A DNA stretch of 63,833 bases, the filler included, from Sphacelaria rigidula (lineage: Eukaryota): NCBI GenBank assembly GCA_964200075.2. It is 10 parts of 10 records of this genome, joined end to end, with 100 filler letters (N's around TTAATTAATTAA, not from the genome) between each part and the next. Parts side by side here need not be neighbours in the genome. Positions count along the whole stretch, not along the records: positions 44,756 to 51,048 come from CAXNAA020020964.1; positions 51,149 to 57,441 come from CAXNAA020020965.1; positions 57,542 to 63,833 come from CAXNAA020020966.1; 7 more parts are not named here. One strand, 5' to 3'. Position numbers and translations under genes: made by a program. A model generated the notes under the pieces. The model was not told the DNA's origin and did not search any database. It was given only the letters and a program-made list of their open reading frames with translations. Position 1 is the stretch's first letter; each line of letters begins with the position of its first letter. Positions 50,810-61,545 of this stretch are shown one piece after another.

Positions 50810-51153
50810 GTAAGGACTATTCTTGACGGCCGCAGAAGTACAGATGTTCTTATATAGCTCGATTTCAGTATGGGTTGGAATATCCGCTCACACTCTCGCT
50901 GCCCCGTGTTTCGCGGAAACATCGAGGAAAACCAACCAGTTCACTTTGCCCACTGGTGTGGAAGCCTTGTGATGCTCCATCCCCACCACACAGACCCCCG
51001 ATGGGGTTGGCGTCGCTTGGCGATGACGCTGTAAAACACGCCACTCACNNNNNNNNNNNNNNNNNNNNNNNNNNNNNNNNNNNNNNNNNNNNTTAATTAA
51101 TTAANNNNNNNNNNNNNNNNNNNNNNNNNNNNNNNNNNNNNNNNNNNNTTCAC

Positions 51154-51348
51154 TAGAGCTAAAAAATACGTAAAATTTGGGCCAATTTCAAGGGCTGTAT
51201 GTAGCATACGTAGCCGGTAACGGCTTATAAAGCCGGTAACGGTAGAGAATGGTTTGAAACCGTTATCCAACTTTTTCGTGTAACCATTACCATTATTACC
51301 TTTATAATGATAATGGTCAGTTATAACTGGTACCATTTCCGAGCTCTA
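51154..51348. mobile_element. Small hAT-like MITE
   Basis: TAGAGCT...AGCTCTA termini with internal CCGGTAACGG/TAACC motifs. Confidence 0.5.
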
Positions 51349-51399
51349 GTAATAGTAAATACTGTGCCTCCGCAGCATAAGTGAGTTACTCAGACGATG

Positions 51400-52500
51400 T
51401 CAGAATATTTTCCAGTTTTGAAGCGGACACAGTTTTTCCAGAGCGTTTCCAGACAGATGGATAGGAACACATGCCGGTTTGGAACAACGTTTTTCTCCAA
51501 ACGTTTTCGATGCGTGCTGCTTGACAAAAGGCTTGCCCGCGAGTGAGTTGTCAGCTATCTTCCAGTTTTTGAACCACTCTCCGACGAACTCCGGAACATA
51601 GAGGCATACGACACCGGCGGCGCCATTCCGTATTGATCCGACAGCCACGAGGCTCTCGTTTTCAGTTTGATACAAGAGTGGGATGGTAGGGCGCTGGTCA
51701 GGCTATCGTCTGTCGTGTGGTTCGACTATGGGGGCGGGCGAGAGCCTCTCCTTCGGTGCCTTTCGGTGTATGTTGTTCATCTGTTTGTTAGGCAGATATC
51801 ACGAACATCGCGTTCAATCTGAGCGTGTGAGTATTCGTGCGCGGCTCTAGCTGGACAAGGGCGACGTATTTGTGGTGGATGGAGCAATGCCACGTTAGGG
51901 GTGGGCACTTTTTGCGCACGATCTTGTCTCGTTCGAAGGGGCTCCTAACGATTCTAGATGCATAAGAATATGGGTCAGGGGCATTCCCCTTTGCGAATTC
52001 ATTCGGGATATCGCTACAGCACATTGAAATAGTAATCCTGGCGTACTCTCACATATTTCGTGATAAATGTTTTGGATGAGACGAAGGGCTCCTGGCAATT
52101 CTAACCTCGGAAAATATTTGTGCACCCCTATCGTAGCATTACTCGATGTAGGAAGGGAGTCATACACATAAATATAGCAACTCATACTTCGGACTTCACG
52201 GGTATATATATACATATGAACACAAGAGGAATGTGACGTAGTGCCATCGTACCACTCCCCAATTATTCACGGGAAGGCAGAAATGAACCGCTTTCCTCGG
52301 GACAAGTGCGCAGATTAGCGGGATATCGGCATCTGTCGTGAAGTCATCATCCAGGCGTCGGATCATGACTTTTCTGTAGTCGAATCATGTTTGACGATAC
52401 TCGTTTCAATGTTTTTGGGCGATGAAAATAATATTAAGGAGGCACTTGTACTACTATTGTCGAGGTTCGTCATCAAGATCCGCCCGGTCCAGCAATGACG
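51400..52500 (-). pseudogene. Degenerate hAT transposase fragments
   Basis: A stop-containing frame ...RRLDDDFTT...LICALVPRK (cf. LDPR) precedes VGEWFKNW...ASKTFGEK...LSGNALEKLCPLQNW, which resembles the hAT C-terminal dimerisation domain. Confidence 0.4.
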
Positions 52501-53122
52501 AATGTTTGACCGTTAGGACGCGGCGGCGACTGCAATACTGGAACGTAATGCTGCAACGGTATGTTGGGTAGGGAATTTCCTACTCTTGGGCATTATTGAC
52601 AAATCGTACTCTTAACTACCCAAATCTTTGGTAGAGTATTGAGATCGTACTCAACAACGGCCAGATATTGGGTAGAGCATTGCGATCGTACCTGAATCTA
52701 CTTATTGTTTGTGTAGAGTTTGGAGATCGGGCCGCATCAACCCAAAATTTAGGAGAGGAAGCACCCGGCTATTTAACCTACCCAGCACACCCTTGTGATG
52801 TTGCGCATGTGGTCATTTTCCAGATCGGCGGATACGGCGCGCGCAGCGGAGGTCGTGACCTGCGGTTTCACACCTCATCCCGGAGGACACGGCGAAGATA
52901 AGGTGGGGGTCGCTGGCGTTGCTCCTCGTGCTTGATGATTCCCCACGAGCTTGAGCTGACACTTTTAGTACAGTCTCTCCTCGGTTGTGTGTTGCCATCT
53001 GTTCTACGTACGATTGTAGTAGCTTTTTGCTACTCATGAACAGATTTGACGAACGTAGATCAGCTTGCTTCAGCTGCAAAGCTACACAAAACGCGTTAAT
53101 TCTTCCCCCCCCCTCCTCAGCG

Positions 53123-53653
53123 TCAGCCTGATCCGGCGAGAACCCGGCGAGCTCCGTCCCGGCTTTGTAGGGGCGGACCCCCGATGGCGTTGGCGTCGGT
53201 TGGCGATGACGCTGTAGAGTACTCCACTCACTGCGAAAGCTAGGCAACCAGGTTACCGATTGTTTTTTGCGCGCTGGCGTTTTTGTTTGCGGGAACTATG
53301 ATGGTAGTCGAGCTAGATCATGTTTTGCGGCGTGGGAGAACCTTCACTCCGCACAAGGGGGTGATCATACGACGTAGTGTTTAAATGGTGAGACACCCAT
53401 GAGGCAGTGTAGAAGCCGGGGCTGTCTCTGGAAGTGGCAATACCAGAGGATAAAGTAACTTATTGTAGGCTGTCATTCAAATACAAAATAATCAGTAGGC
53501 TTCGGGCCGAACAATCTTGACCGGGTGCAGCTCACNNNNNNNNNNGATCGATGGCGAGCCTGGTCCGGCGAAAACCCGGCGTGGTCCGTCCCGGCTTTGT
53601 AGGGATGCGGCGTCAACGGTCTGATGGCTATGGCATGCATGATCATGAGTATA
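53123..53653 (+). mobile_element. Family B retroposed repeat sharing the family A 3' terminus. Other copies: 2855-2951(-), 12262-12630(-), 12789-13145(-), 31108-31407(+), 50990-51048(+)
   Basis: Six homologous copies carry blocks such as AGGCTTCGGGCCGAACA and GCCTGGTCCGGCGAAAACCCGGCG...GGGATGCG.GGTC.ATGGTCTGATG.CTA. The copy at 31108-31407 has a 16-bp TSD. Confidence 0.75.
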
Positions 53654-53669
53654 CCCCCCTTCCCTCTAT

Positions 53670-53956
53670 ACGCGCCAGAGGGGGATATGTGGCACGTGAA
53701 CAAAGGTGGTATGATATCGTTCGATGCAGTAGGCAGTAGCGAAAAACCGATGGCTATACTAGGAGATAGATGGTGGCCACAGACGGCAAAACAGGACGGG
53801 CATAAGATATGTAAGAGGCTTTCGTGCAATGTATGGAAGAAACGTAGTGGACACCGGAATGTTGGAGATATCTCTATTAGGAGTAGGAACGGTGCTCCGT
53901 CTCGAAAGGGATGCGTGGTCAATGGTCAACCGACTAAGGCAAGCAACAAATGAGTA
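53670..53956 (+). mobile_element. Family A LINE 3' fragment with ~15-bp TSD
   Basis: ORF 53624-53953 ends ...SRKGCVVNGQPTKASNK*. The fragment is flanked by CCCCCCTTCCCTCTA (53654-53668) and CCCCCCTTCCCCCTA (53960-53974). Confidence 0.8.
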
Positions 53957-54426
53957 CGCCCCCCCTTCCCCCTAAAAAAACATCTTCTGCTATCGTCGAC
54001 TATCACACAGGAATCGAAAAACCGTTCATCCTTGCAAATAAGGCCGTCCCTTACGGTTCGTATTTTCACCGGGTCGCATATTCCGCTTTCGAGACCTTGA
54101 CACGGTGTATGGTCCCCAAACAGGGAATATCGCCATCACACGTCTTGCACACTTTCACGGTCCGACAAATCATCGCCCGTTCGAATCACCGAATCCTCAG
54201 GCCTGATTGCTCGAAAAGAGAGAAAAAAGTTAACCGCTGGTCAAAAACGTCTCCGCGAAATCTTGCGCCATTCCACGTGCCTGGGGTGCGTGCACCTAGG
54301 TTACAATGCCAAAAACAAAGCCAAAGGATTGATTCGTACGGTTCGAATCAATCACACTACAATCGAGTGATGTTCAGACGAATCATTCATTCGCCCGACC
54401 CTTGGACACTTTGCAGCGCCCCCACG

Positions 54427-54456
54427 TTAGGGTTAGGGTTAGGGTTAGGGTTAGGG
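54427..54456 (+). repeat. Interstitial telomeric repeat (TTAGGG)5
   Basis: Five perfect TTAGGG units. Confidence 0.9.
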
Positions 54457-55439
54457 ACACGCATGTTTTTTTTATAGTCGATTTTTCGTTCAGAGGTCGT
54501 CCTCGAAATCTCGGAGCCAAGGGAATCTTTCAAGCGGGCTAGACTCGTTTCGGTGACCGGGGACGCAAAGTGTCCAAGACGCGCGATGGCGATAGGCCCC
54601 CTCTGGAGACCAAAAACCGTCTCAAAAATCATTATAGTGGAAAGTACGAACCGTAAGAAACGGTTTTAAGCACCGCACTTTATACGTATAAACTTGGTCT
54701 GAACTGTCATGTGTTTGATCTACTATTTCCCCTGCGTTGGTGTACGTCGTCTTGTATGTGCTTTACCTGGCACCCTGGTACTACCCTAGCTAAGCCCTTT
54801 CGGAGTTGATGTTGTGGTCGACCTCTCAGGATTTCCATTTTTCTTGTTTTTTCCATCACCTCTTGAGTATGCATGAAATAGAAATCGCAACGTTCCACTG
54901 AAAACGTGTGTTTTTTTTTCTTTTCCAGTGTCGTTGTTATGTTCGGCTTCATAGTCTCTTCATTGATTAATCGACATATTGATAGATTGATTGTCGCACA
55001 CTCCAGTCATCTACCACAAACACCGCGGTGGTCATTTGATATGAGATGGACGTACCGAGCGTAAATGGAAGGGAAAAACACTCGCTGCAGGAGACTCGAG
55101 AAGGAATGGAACATGCGAAACAGAAGGAGATGGCAAAACAAATAGACACGGACAGGACGAAAAAAGAGAGAAAACAAGAGCTATTGAGAAAGAAGTGATG
55201 AAGAGGGATAGGGAATGGGATATGAAATGAAGGCATGGGAGCATACCAGGCCGAGAACACTTGCCGGCGCCGGGAACCCCGCGACGGGTTCCATGGCAAG
55301 GCTTCAGGCAAGGAGGCAGTGTCCTATTTGTATGCTTTGAGTCGGAGCTCTACACACGCCAGCTCTACATCAAGTAGACACAAACTGTGCCATACGATTT
55401 ACAGAGAGAGAAACAACTGGAGGCGGAAACGACAAAGAG

Positions 55440-55722
55440 GAAGGAAGGAAGGAAACAAGGAAGGAAGGAGAATGAACCCAGAAACAAGGCAGGGATATAG
55501 TCGGGGAACAGGACTAGGGAATGCCGCTAGGAGCCTAACGCTAAGTAAAGAAGACAGCAGCGGATAAGCCAACACAGGGAAGGAAAGAAGGAAGGAAAGA
55601 AGGAAGGAAGGAGAATGAACCCAGAAACAAGGCAGGATATGGTCGGGAACAGGACAAGGGAATGTCGCTAAGAGCCTACCGCTACGTGAAGAAGACAACA
55701 GCCAATAGGCCAACACAGGGAT
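55440..55722. repeat. ~140-bp purine-rich tandem duplication
   Basis: GGAAGGAGAATGAACCCAGAAACAAGGCAGG...GCCAACACAGGGA occurs twice. Confidence 0.8.
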
Positions 55723-55959
55723 ATCCGTTTTCGTGTTTTCCCCCCTTTCCATCCTTATTCCCTGCTAAGGGACGAAGCAGGCCGCTCTCTCGATCGTATC
55801 CCTTTTGGATAAACTCGCGGACTGTTTCTGCTATCATTGTGCCAACGGTAGCGGCTCTCCTGCTGTCGGTTCTCGACGCAACGACCGCACGTCGATCGCG
55901 TAGGTCAGATCTCATGCTGCCCGAGATCTTCGCACCGCCAAGCCTCCGGAAACCCCTCC

Positions 55960-56430
55960 GCCTCCTCGTCGATCCCGAGGTGCTGGTTGCCCATGTTCTC
56001 AGCGGCCGTGGGCCCTATCGTCCGAGTGTTTGGCCTCAACACCGTTAACGAACGACTTCATTGGTACTCCCTTGCATGGGATACTGCCGCTTAAGGCGCA
56101 CAGACTCTCCTGGAGGTGGTCCCCCCTCTAGTGTACCGAAGGCCGGCCAGCCTCCTCTAGCCCTTGTGCGACCAACCGCCTGAACATGATGGGCTCCGGG
56201 AGGCGTGTTCCAACCGGACAATGACCCCCGCGAACCAGAGTTGACTCTTGCTTGCGGATGCCCGTCTCGATACGTTCGCATTTGGTCATCTCGAGCACAG
56301 CTGCGATTCTTCCTGAGGGAGCCATCGGCCCTCGGTAGAATTTTGTGGTGGGCAGTGCGCAAGCTCTCGAAGTCCTCTCTGCCCGGCTTTGACATAGCAT
56401 AGCCGCATGGCATAGCGTTCGTTGATCATC
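55960..56430 (-). mobile_element. Degenerate RTE-clade LINE ORF 3' region
   Basis: Frameshifted EDFESLRTAHHKIL...RKNR / VLEMTKCERIETGIRK...RLPEPIMFRRL is typical of RTE post-RT sequence (RLPKxVMFG). Confidence 0.65.
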
Positions 56431-57634
56431 TCCTCCGCTTCGAACTACCCGATTGTAGGCGATAGCGGGACATTCCAGTCGATCGTATTGTAAGTTGGTT
56501 GATGGATGGGTTCGTTGCCACCGCACGTCGACTAATCCGCGAATTCAAGCTGTGGTGAGGAAGAAGGTAGACACACCGGAGGTGAACGGACGAGATGACT
56601 TGCCCGAGAAAAACACCAGGCAGAGAGGACTGAAAAATACAAGATGAATGGAAAAATAGGGAAGGAAAGGGAAGGGAAGGGCAAGGAAGGATATGGACAG
56701 GCAATGGGATGAGAAGAGATGACGCTGGGTTACGATCGAGTCAAGATCGAGAACTGGTTTCGAAACTGGGTTCCCGACAGACCCGTGCCGCATGGCATGA
56801 AGTGATGAGACGGTACAACATGAAAACGGAGACGAAAGCATTAACGAAAAACGAAAAAGCTCGAAATATAACAGACAAGAAGAAAAGAGAACGAAAAGAG
56901 AACACCGCGGAAGAGATAGGGATGAAGAAAGAAAGGAGCGAGAGAGGAAGAAAGTAGACGATGGAGAAAGGGAGAGAGAGCACCAACCTAGATTGAAAGA
57001 AGGACCTGAACAAAGAACGCACAGCTCGTTCGAAATTGCAGGCAAGAAAAGATGTTAGCAACAGATGGCGAAAGACAGGAACATCGTTTTTTTTGCTAAC
57101 CCCCGCCCCCCCCCTTCACCATGTATGGAGGAAGCATAATGGGCGCCCAAATGTTGGAGGCGTCTCTCTTGGGAGTAGGAACGGTGCTCTGTCTCGGAAG
57201 GGATGCACTGACTGAGGCAAGCAACAAATGCGTACCCTTCCTCCCCTCTTTCACCCCTTAATCCCGAGTGAGAGGCAAAGCGGCCCGCTCTCTCGACCAT
57301 ATCTGTCTCAAGTCGACAGCTCTGCTCTGTGCAGTCTATCAACCGCCGTGGACAGCAGACGTTTGTTGTCAGTAATTCGCGTATTTAGGATTACTGTGCA
57401 GCTGGGGACACATCGATGATGCTCATGTATAATAATAATAANNNNNNNNNNNNNNNNNNNNNNNNNNNNNNNNNNNNNNNNNNNNTTAATTAATTAANNN
57501 NNNNNNNNNNNNNNNNNNNNNNNNNNNNNNNNNNNNNNNNNCCCTTGGACCAGCGATCAACTTTTTTCTCTCTTTTGAGCAATCAGGCCGAAGAAATCGT
57601 AGATTTGGTGATTCGTCCTAACGGTGCACTCTTC

Positions 57635-57826
57635 CAAGGGCAGGTCGAGTAGAGTATACTCAATTGCGGGGTACTTGGGGTACTCAAATTAGGGTAGAGT
57701 GTTCGGGAGTCGTACCCAAAATATACCTACAAAGCGATCCCTAAAACCCTACCCGATATTTGTGTACTCCAAGTACGACTTTCAAAATACCCCGCAACTG
57801 AGTATACTCTACTCGACCCACCCTTG
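57635..57826. mobile_element. 192-bp hAT-type MITE
   Basis: TIR CAAGGGCAGGTCGAGTAGAGTATACTCA / TGAGTATACTCTACTCGACCCACCCTTG and 8-bp TSD CACTCTTC / CACTTTTC. Confidence 0.85.
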
Positions 57827-58203
57827 CACTTTTCTAGATTCTTATCCTTGTTTTTTCACAAGAAGCGGCCTTACACCCGAAAAAAATACACGGAGCGTCG
57901 AGATTTTACCTAACTGCGTTCCATGCGGGTGAGTAGGCACTGCTCGAAAGCACGAAAAGCATGATAATGCTCTGGCCAATATCAGTATCATGACTGGACA
58001 TACCCATTATTCATGTCTACCTGTCGAGATATATCAAATGCTTCGTTCAATTCCTGGTGTAGCATGCTTCATGATGGGACATAGTATAATGGCAACTGTA
58101 AATACGCGGCAGAGGTGCATCAGCAAAATGGTCTGCAGTTTAACGGGGATAACGCTGGAAAATAGTTTTGTGTGTGAGTGAGTGTGGAAGATATAACAAT
58201 AAA

Positions 58204-58290
58204 ATGATGATGATGATGATGATGATGACGATGATGATGACGATAATAATAATAATGATAATGATAATAATACTAGAAATAATAATAAAT
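58204..58290. repeat. Compound (GAT)n/(AAT)n microsatellite. Other SSRs: 9184-9213 (TA), 48300-48343 (GGT/TGT), 59577-59618 (GCT)
   Basis: Visible directly in the sequence. Confidence 0.9.
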
Positions 58291-58876
58291 GTTTGGGTTT
58301 CGGTTGTTTGGTTCATTTTTCGTTTTTGGATGAGGGAAATACACTATTTTACGCAAGCCGCGTCCCCTGTTCGCTGTTCGCTGAGCTGATTGTTATGCAC
58401 CCAAATGATGCCGCAATGTCGGCACGGTAGTCAAGCCTGTCACTGTTAATGCACCCTCGTAACAGCCGCCAAACGACTCTTCAACGACCATGCCCAACAC
58501 CTATGGGGTTTGAACAAGGGATTTTCACGGGAAAATCGCCTCACAGGGATGACCACGGAACGGTGCGATTTTTTCCGTGCCGTCTGGTCGTTCACCAGAG
58601 ACACGCTGTCAAAAAACATGAAATCTGCGATGGCCTTTCGTGTGCTAAAGCGCGAAGGCATCGCGTGTACAAAGATCTGGTCTCAGCGCAAATGCTTCGG
58701 AGAAAACGTACACATATCGCGTGACGACGGGACGGCCTGGCGCGGGAATCTCACGGACGCGATCTTCATTTCCCTGCGAAGACGGGACAGAAGCTATCGT
58801 CCCGTCCCGTCCCATCGTGCGTTCACAAGCGCACTTCTCGTGCTGTCTCGTTTTCCCGTATAAGTCACCAAACTTA

Positions 58877-59585
58877 GGCCGCTTCTTATAGACTGAAAAA
58901 AGTGACTGAAAATAGTCGTGCTGGTCAGTTTCCAGAGTCATTTTTCATGGGAAAAATTTCTGGAAACTGACAGCCGTTTTCAGACAGCGAGATCTGGAAA
59001 AATCTCGCTGAGAAAAGCCGTCAGTTCTCAGTGAGATCAAACTGTCTGAAAAGTGGCGTTCAACCACACCCCCCTCACACACCGCACCCGCAATGGTACA
59101 GTCAGTGTTCACATCACACATTTCTCGTATACAAGTGTGGCACAGTCAGTGTAGAAGTAGCTGTGAATGTTGCATGTACGGTACCGTCGCAGCAGGATAG
59201 CCGCTACAGCACTCCGTGCATCCTTTTCATGACCGGAGGACGAGGGACAGACAGTACAGTACAGTACAGACAGCACAGTGCTTTTTCGCCGGCAGCGTTA
59301 CTACTATAAAATAGCACGGTATCGCCCCTGCTGGCTGTATTGACTGCTCGTATCGTTTCATACTCGTCGTGCCCGCCACCGCTTGTGAACTCTGTAGTAT
59401 TCTGTGTACTGGAGACGGTTGCTACCGCACCACTGAGGGTCACGTGAGTTTGTGTGCAGTATGACACATACCGCACTGCTGCATACTGCACCGCTTACGG
59501 TACTACTACTGTACCAGGCGGTGGTCGGCTGAAATGAGGGTTGATTCGCTTGTCATTTCGATCCCTATTATACCAGCTGCTGTTG

Positions 59586-59618
<33 letters not shown>

Positions 59619-61035
59619 TGTGTGTATGTTGCCATGCCATTTATCCTGTACCTGGACGGGAATACGTATTAGTTTACCACCTGCGGCACAAGCAAAACAT
59701 TCAAATGGTGACCACTACCATCGTCTGCATGCAGGCTGAGTGATGGCCTCGGGTGTGCAAATCCCCAGGACTTTTCTATACATGGACAGGAAGGCCGGAT
59801 GTTATGGCAATCAGATTTTTGGCCCACGGATTGTTCACCTTTGGGACGTTTAACCTACCTTTCAACCCCCAAACAGGGAAAACCGCCAACACACATCTCG
59901 GACAATTTGCATCACCCCACAGAGAGGAGCCTAGCCCACTTTTCAGATTCCCTTCGCTCCGAGGTTTCGAGATTGGCCGCTGAACAAAAAATTGTGCGCA
60001 AAAATCTGTGCTTGGCGACCCCCGCCAGTTTGGCAAACGTCCCAAAAGTGGACAATCCGTGGGCCAAAAAGTTTGTTTGCCGTAACATCCGGCCTAAAAA
60101 GATCCACTTTTATGGCAGCGAATCTCGATGTTTTTGGGATCCCGATTTGTTTTACGGCACAGACAGTACAGTATCACAGATTTGTGAAACGGTTCTGTAC
60201 ACACGCGGTCATTTCCTGCATGAGTGTGGTACTGCGTACTCATGCATGAAGCCGAAGAGCAGGCAGGCGGTGAACAACCCTTCGAGTACAGTGTCGTACC
60301 TTACTACCCTAGGGTAATACAGAGCAGGACACTACATATCAGTACAGTACATGATAATGCCGGGTGGTGGTAGATGATGGCACAGCCGGTATTGCGAGAA
60401 CAGAGAACAGTGCGCGAGGAGAGTTCAGTAGTGCAGTGCCGTACATAACCCCTCAAGTACAGCGACAGCAGCTAGGAGAGTACAGTAGCATTCTTTGTAG
60501 TGATACATATGGCAGCGCAGCGAAGCAGAAAATATTACTATCGCCGCGGGGTACGGCGTCAGCACTTACTATCCGCTTGTGAAACCCCGTGCGAAGTTGC
60601 TTCAGCAGCGGGGGCGGGCAGTAGGCACGCCCTGTGCTGCCACGAGGCTATTTTCTGCTGCCGTTGCAAAAACATCAAACACCTCGTACTCTAGTACTGC
60701 ATATCAATGCACATGTACGTCACCTCAAAAAAATCGGGGGGAATCACGATCTCGGAACGATTTCCCACGATTTTTTCGGGAAAATCAGGGGAAACCGTTC
60801 CGAGATCTTGACCCCCCGATTTTTTCACTCCTAGTTTGGTCCAAATCCGTGTCCATACAATGCGTTTCCCGACTTTCTCCCCCTCCAATTTTGAGAAAAT
60901 CAAGATTCGTGCTTGCCATAAAAGTGGTCTGATAAGGTGGGGTTTTGAAAACTGACTTCTCTGAAAAAAGTCACTGAGGAAAGTCGTGCGTCCGAACTTT
61001 TTTCAGTTACTTTCATCAGTCTTCCAGAAGCGGCC
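58877..61035. mobile_element. Non-autonomous PIF/Harbinger-like element
   Basis: A ~35-bp imperfect TIR (GGCCGCTTCTTATAGACTGAAAAAAGTGACTGAAA versus the reverse complement at 61001-61035) is flanked by TTA/TTG. The same end occurs at ~6751 and ~57861-57870. Confidence 0.7.
59792..60095. mobile_element. Nested ~300-bp MITE
   Basis: TIR AGGCCGGATGTTATGGCAA / TTGCCGTAACATCCGGCCT. The same right end occurs at 44756-44794. Confidence 0.8.
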
Positions 61036-61236
61036 TTGGGGGGTAATCTCAAGCCTGACTGACATCTCCTGAATTTATCGGAACAGAAAATGACGATAAT
61101 TTGTACTGTGACGGTTCGCGCGGATTACCCTTCCGTAGGATTGGGAAAGGTGATGACATGTTTGGGTAGTCGGGGTGAAACGGAACATTTCACACGTTGG
61201 ACACCTCGTGAGCTAGCTCATCTGCGGGCTGTGGCT

Positions 61237-61545
61237 CACTTGTAGTCAAACGTGTACGTATGAGCTACGCCTTGGTAGCTCACCCAGGACAAACATGCGT
61301 AGCTCGTGTAGCTCTCATTGCTCATCCAGGGCAAACATACGGGGCTCGTCTAGCTCTCATCGCTTATCCAGGGTTAACATACGTAGCTGACGTCGCGCTC
61401 ATAGCTCATGCAGGGCAAACACGCGTAGCTCATGTAGCGCTCATAGCTCATGCAGCTCTCACAGCCCACCCAGGGCAATCATGTGCAGCTCATGCAGCTC
61501 TCATAGCTCAGCAGGGAGCTACGCCAAAAAAGAGCTACAGTAGTG
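61237..61545. mobile_element. CACTA-like non-autonomous element with ~39-bp TAGCTC-rich tandem repeats
   Basis: The right end GAGCTACAGTAGTG is the reverse complement of CACTACTGTAGCTC; the left end CACTTGTAG is degenerate. Confidence 0.5.

Noticed and set aside
54427..54456. Chromosome end
   Set aside because: Only five units, with non-telomeric sequence on both sides.
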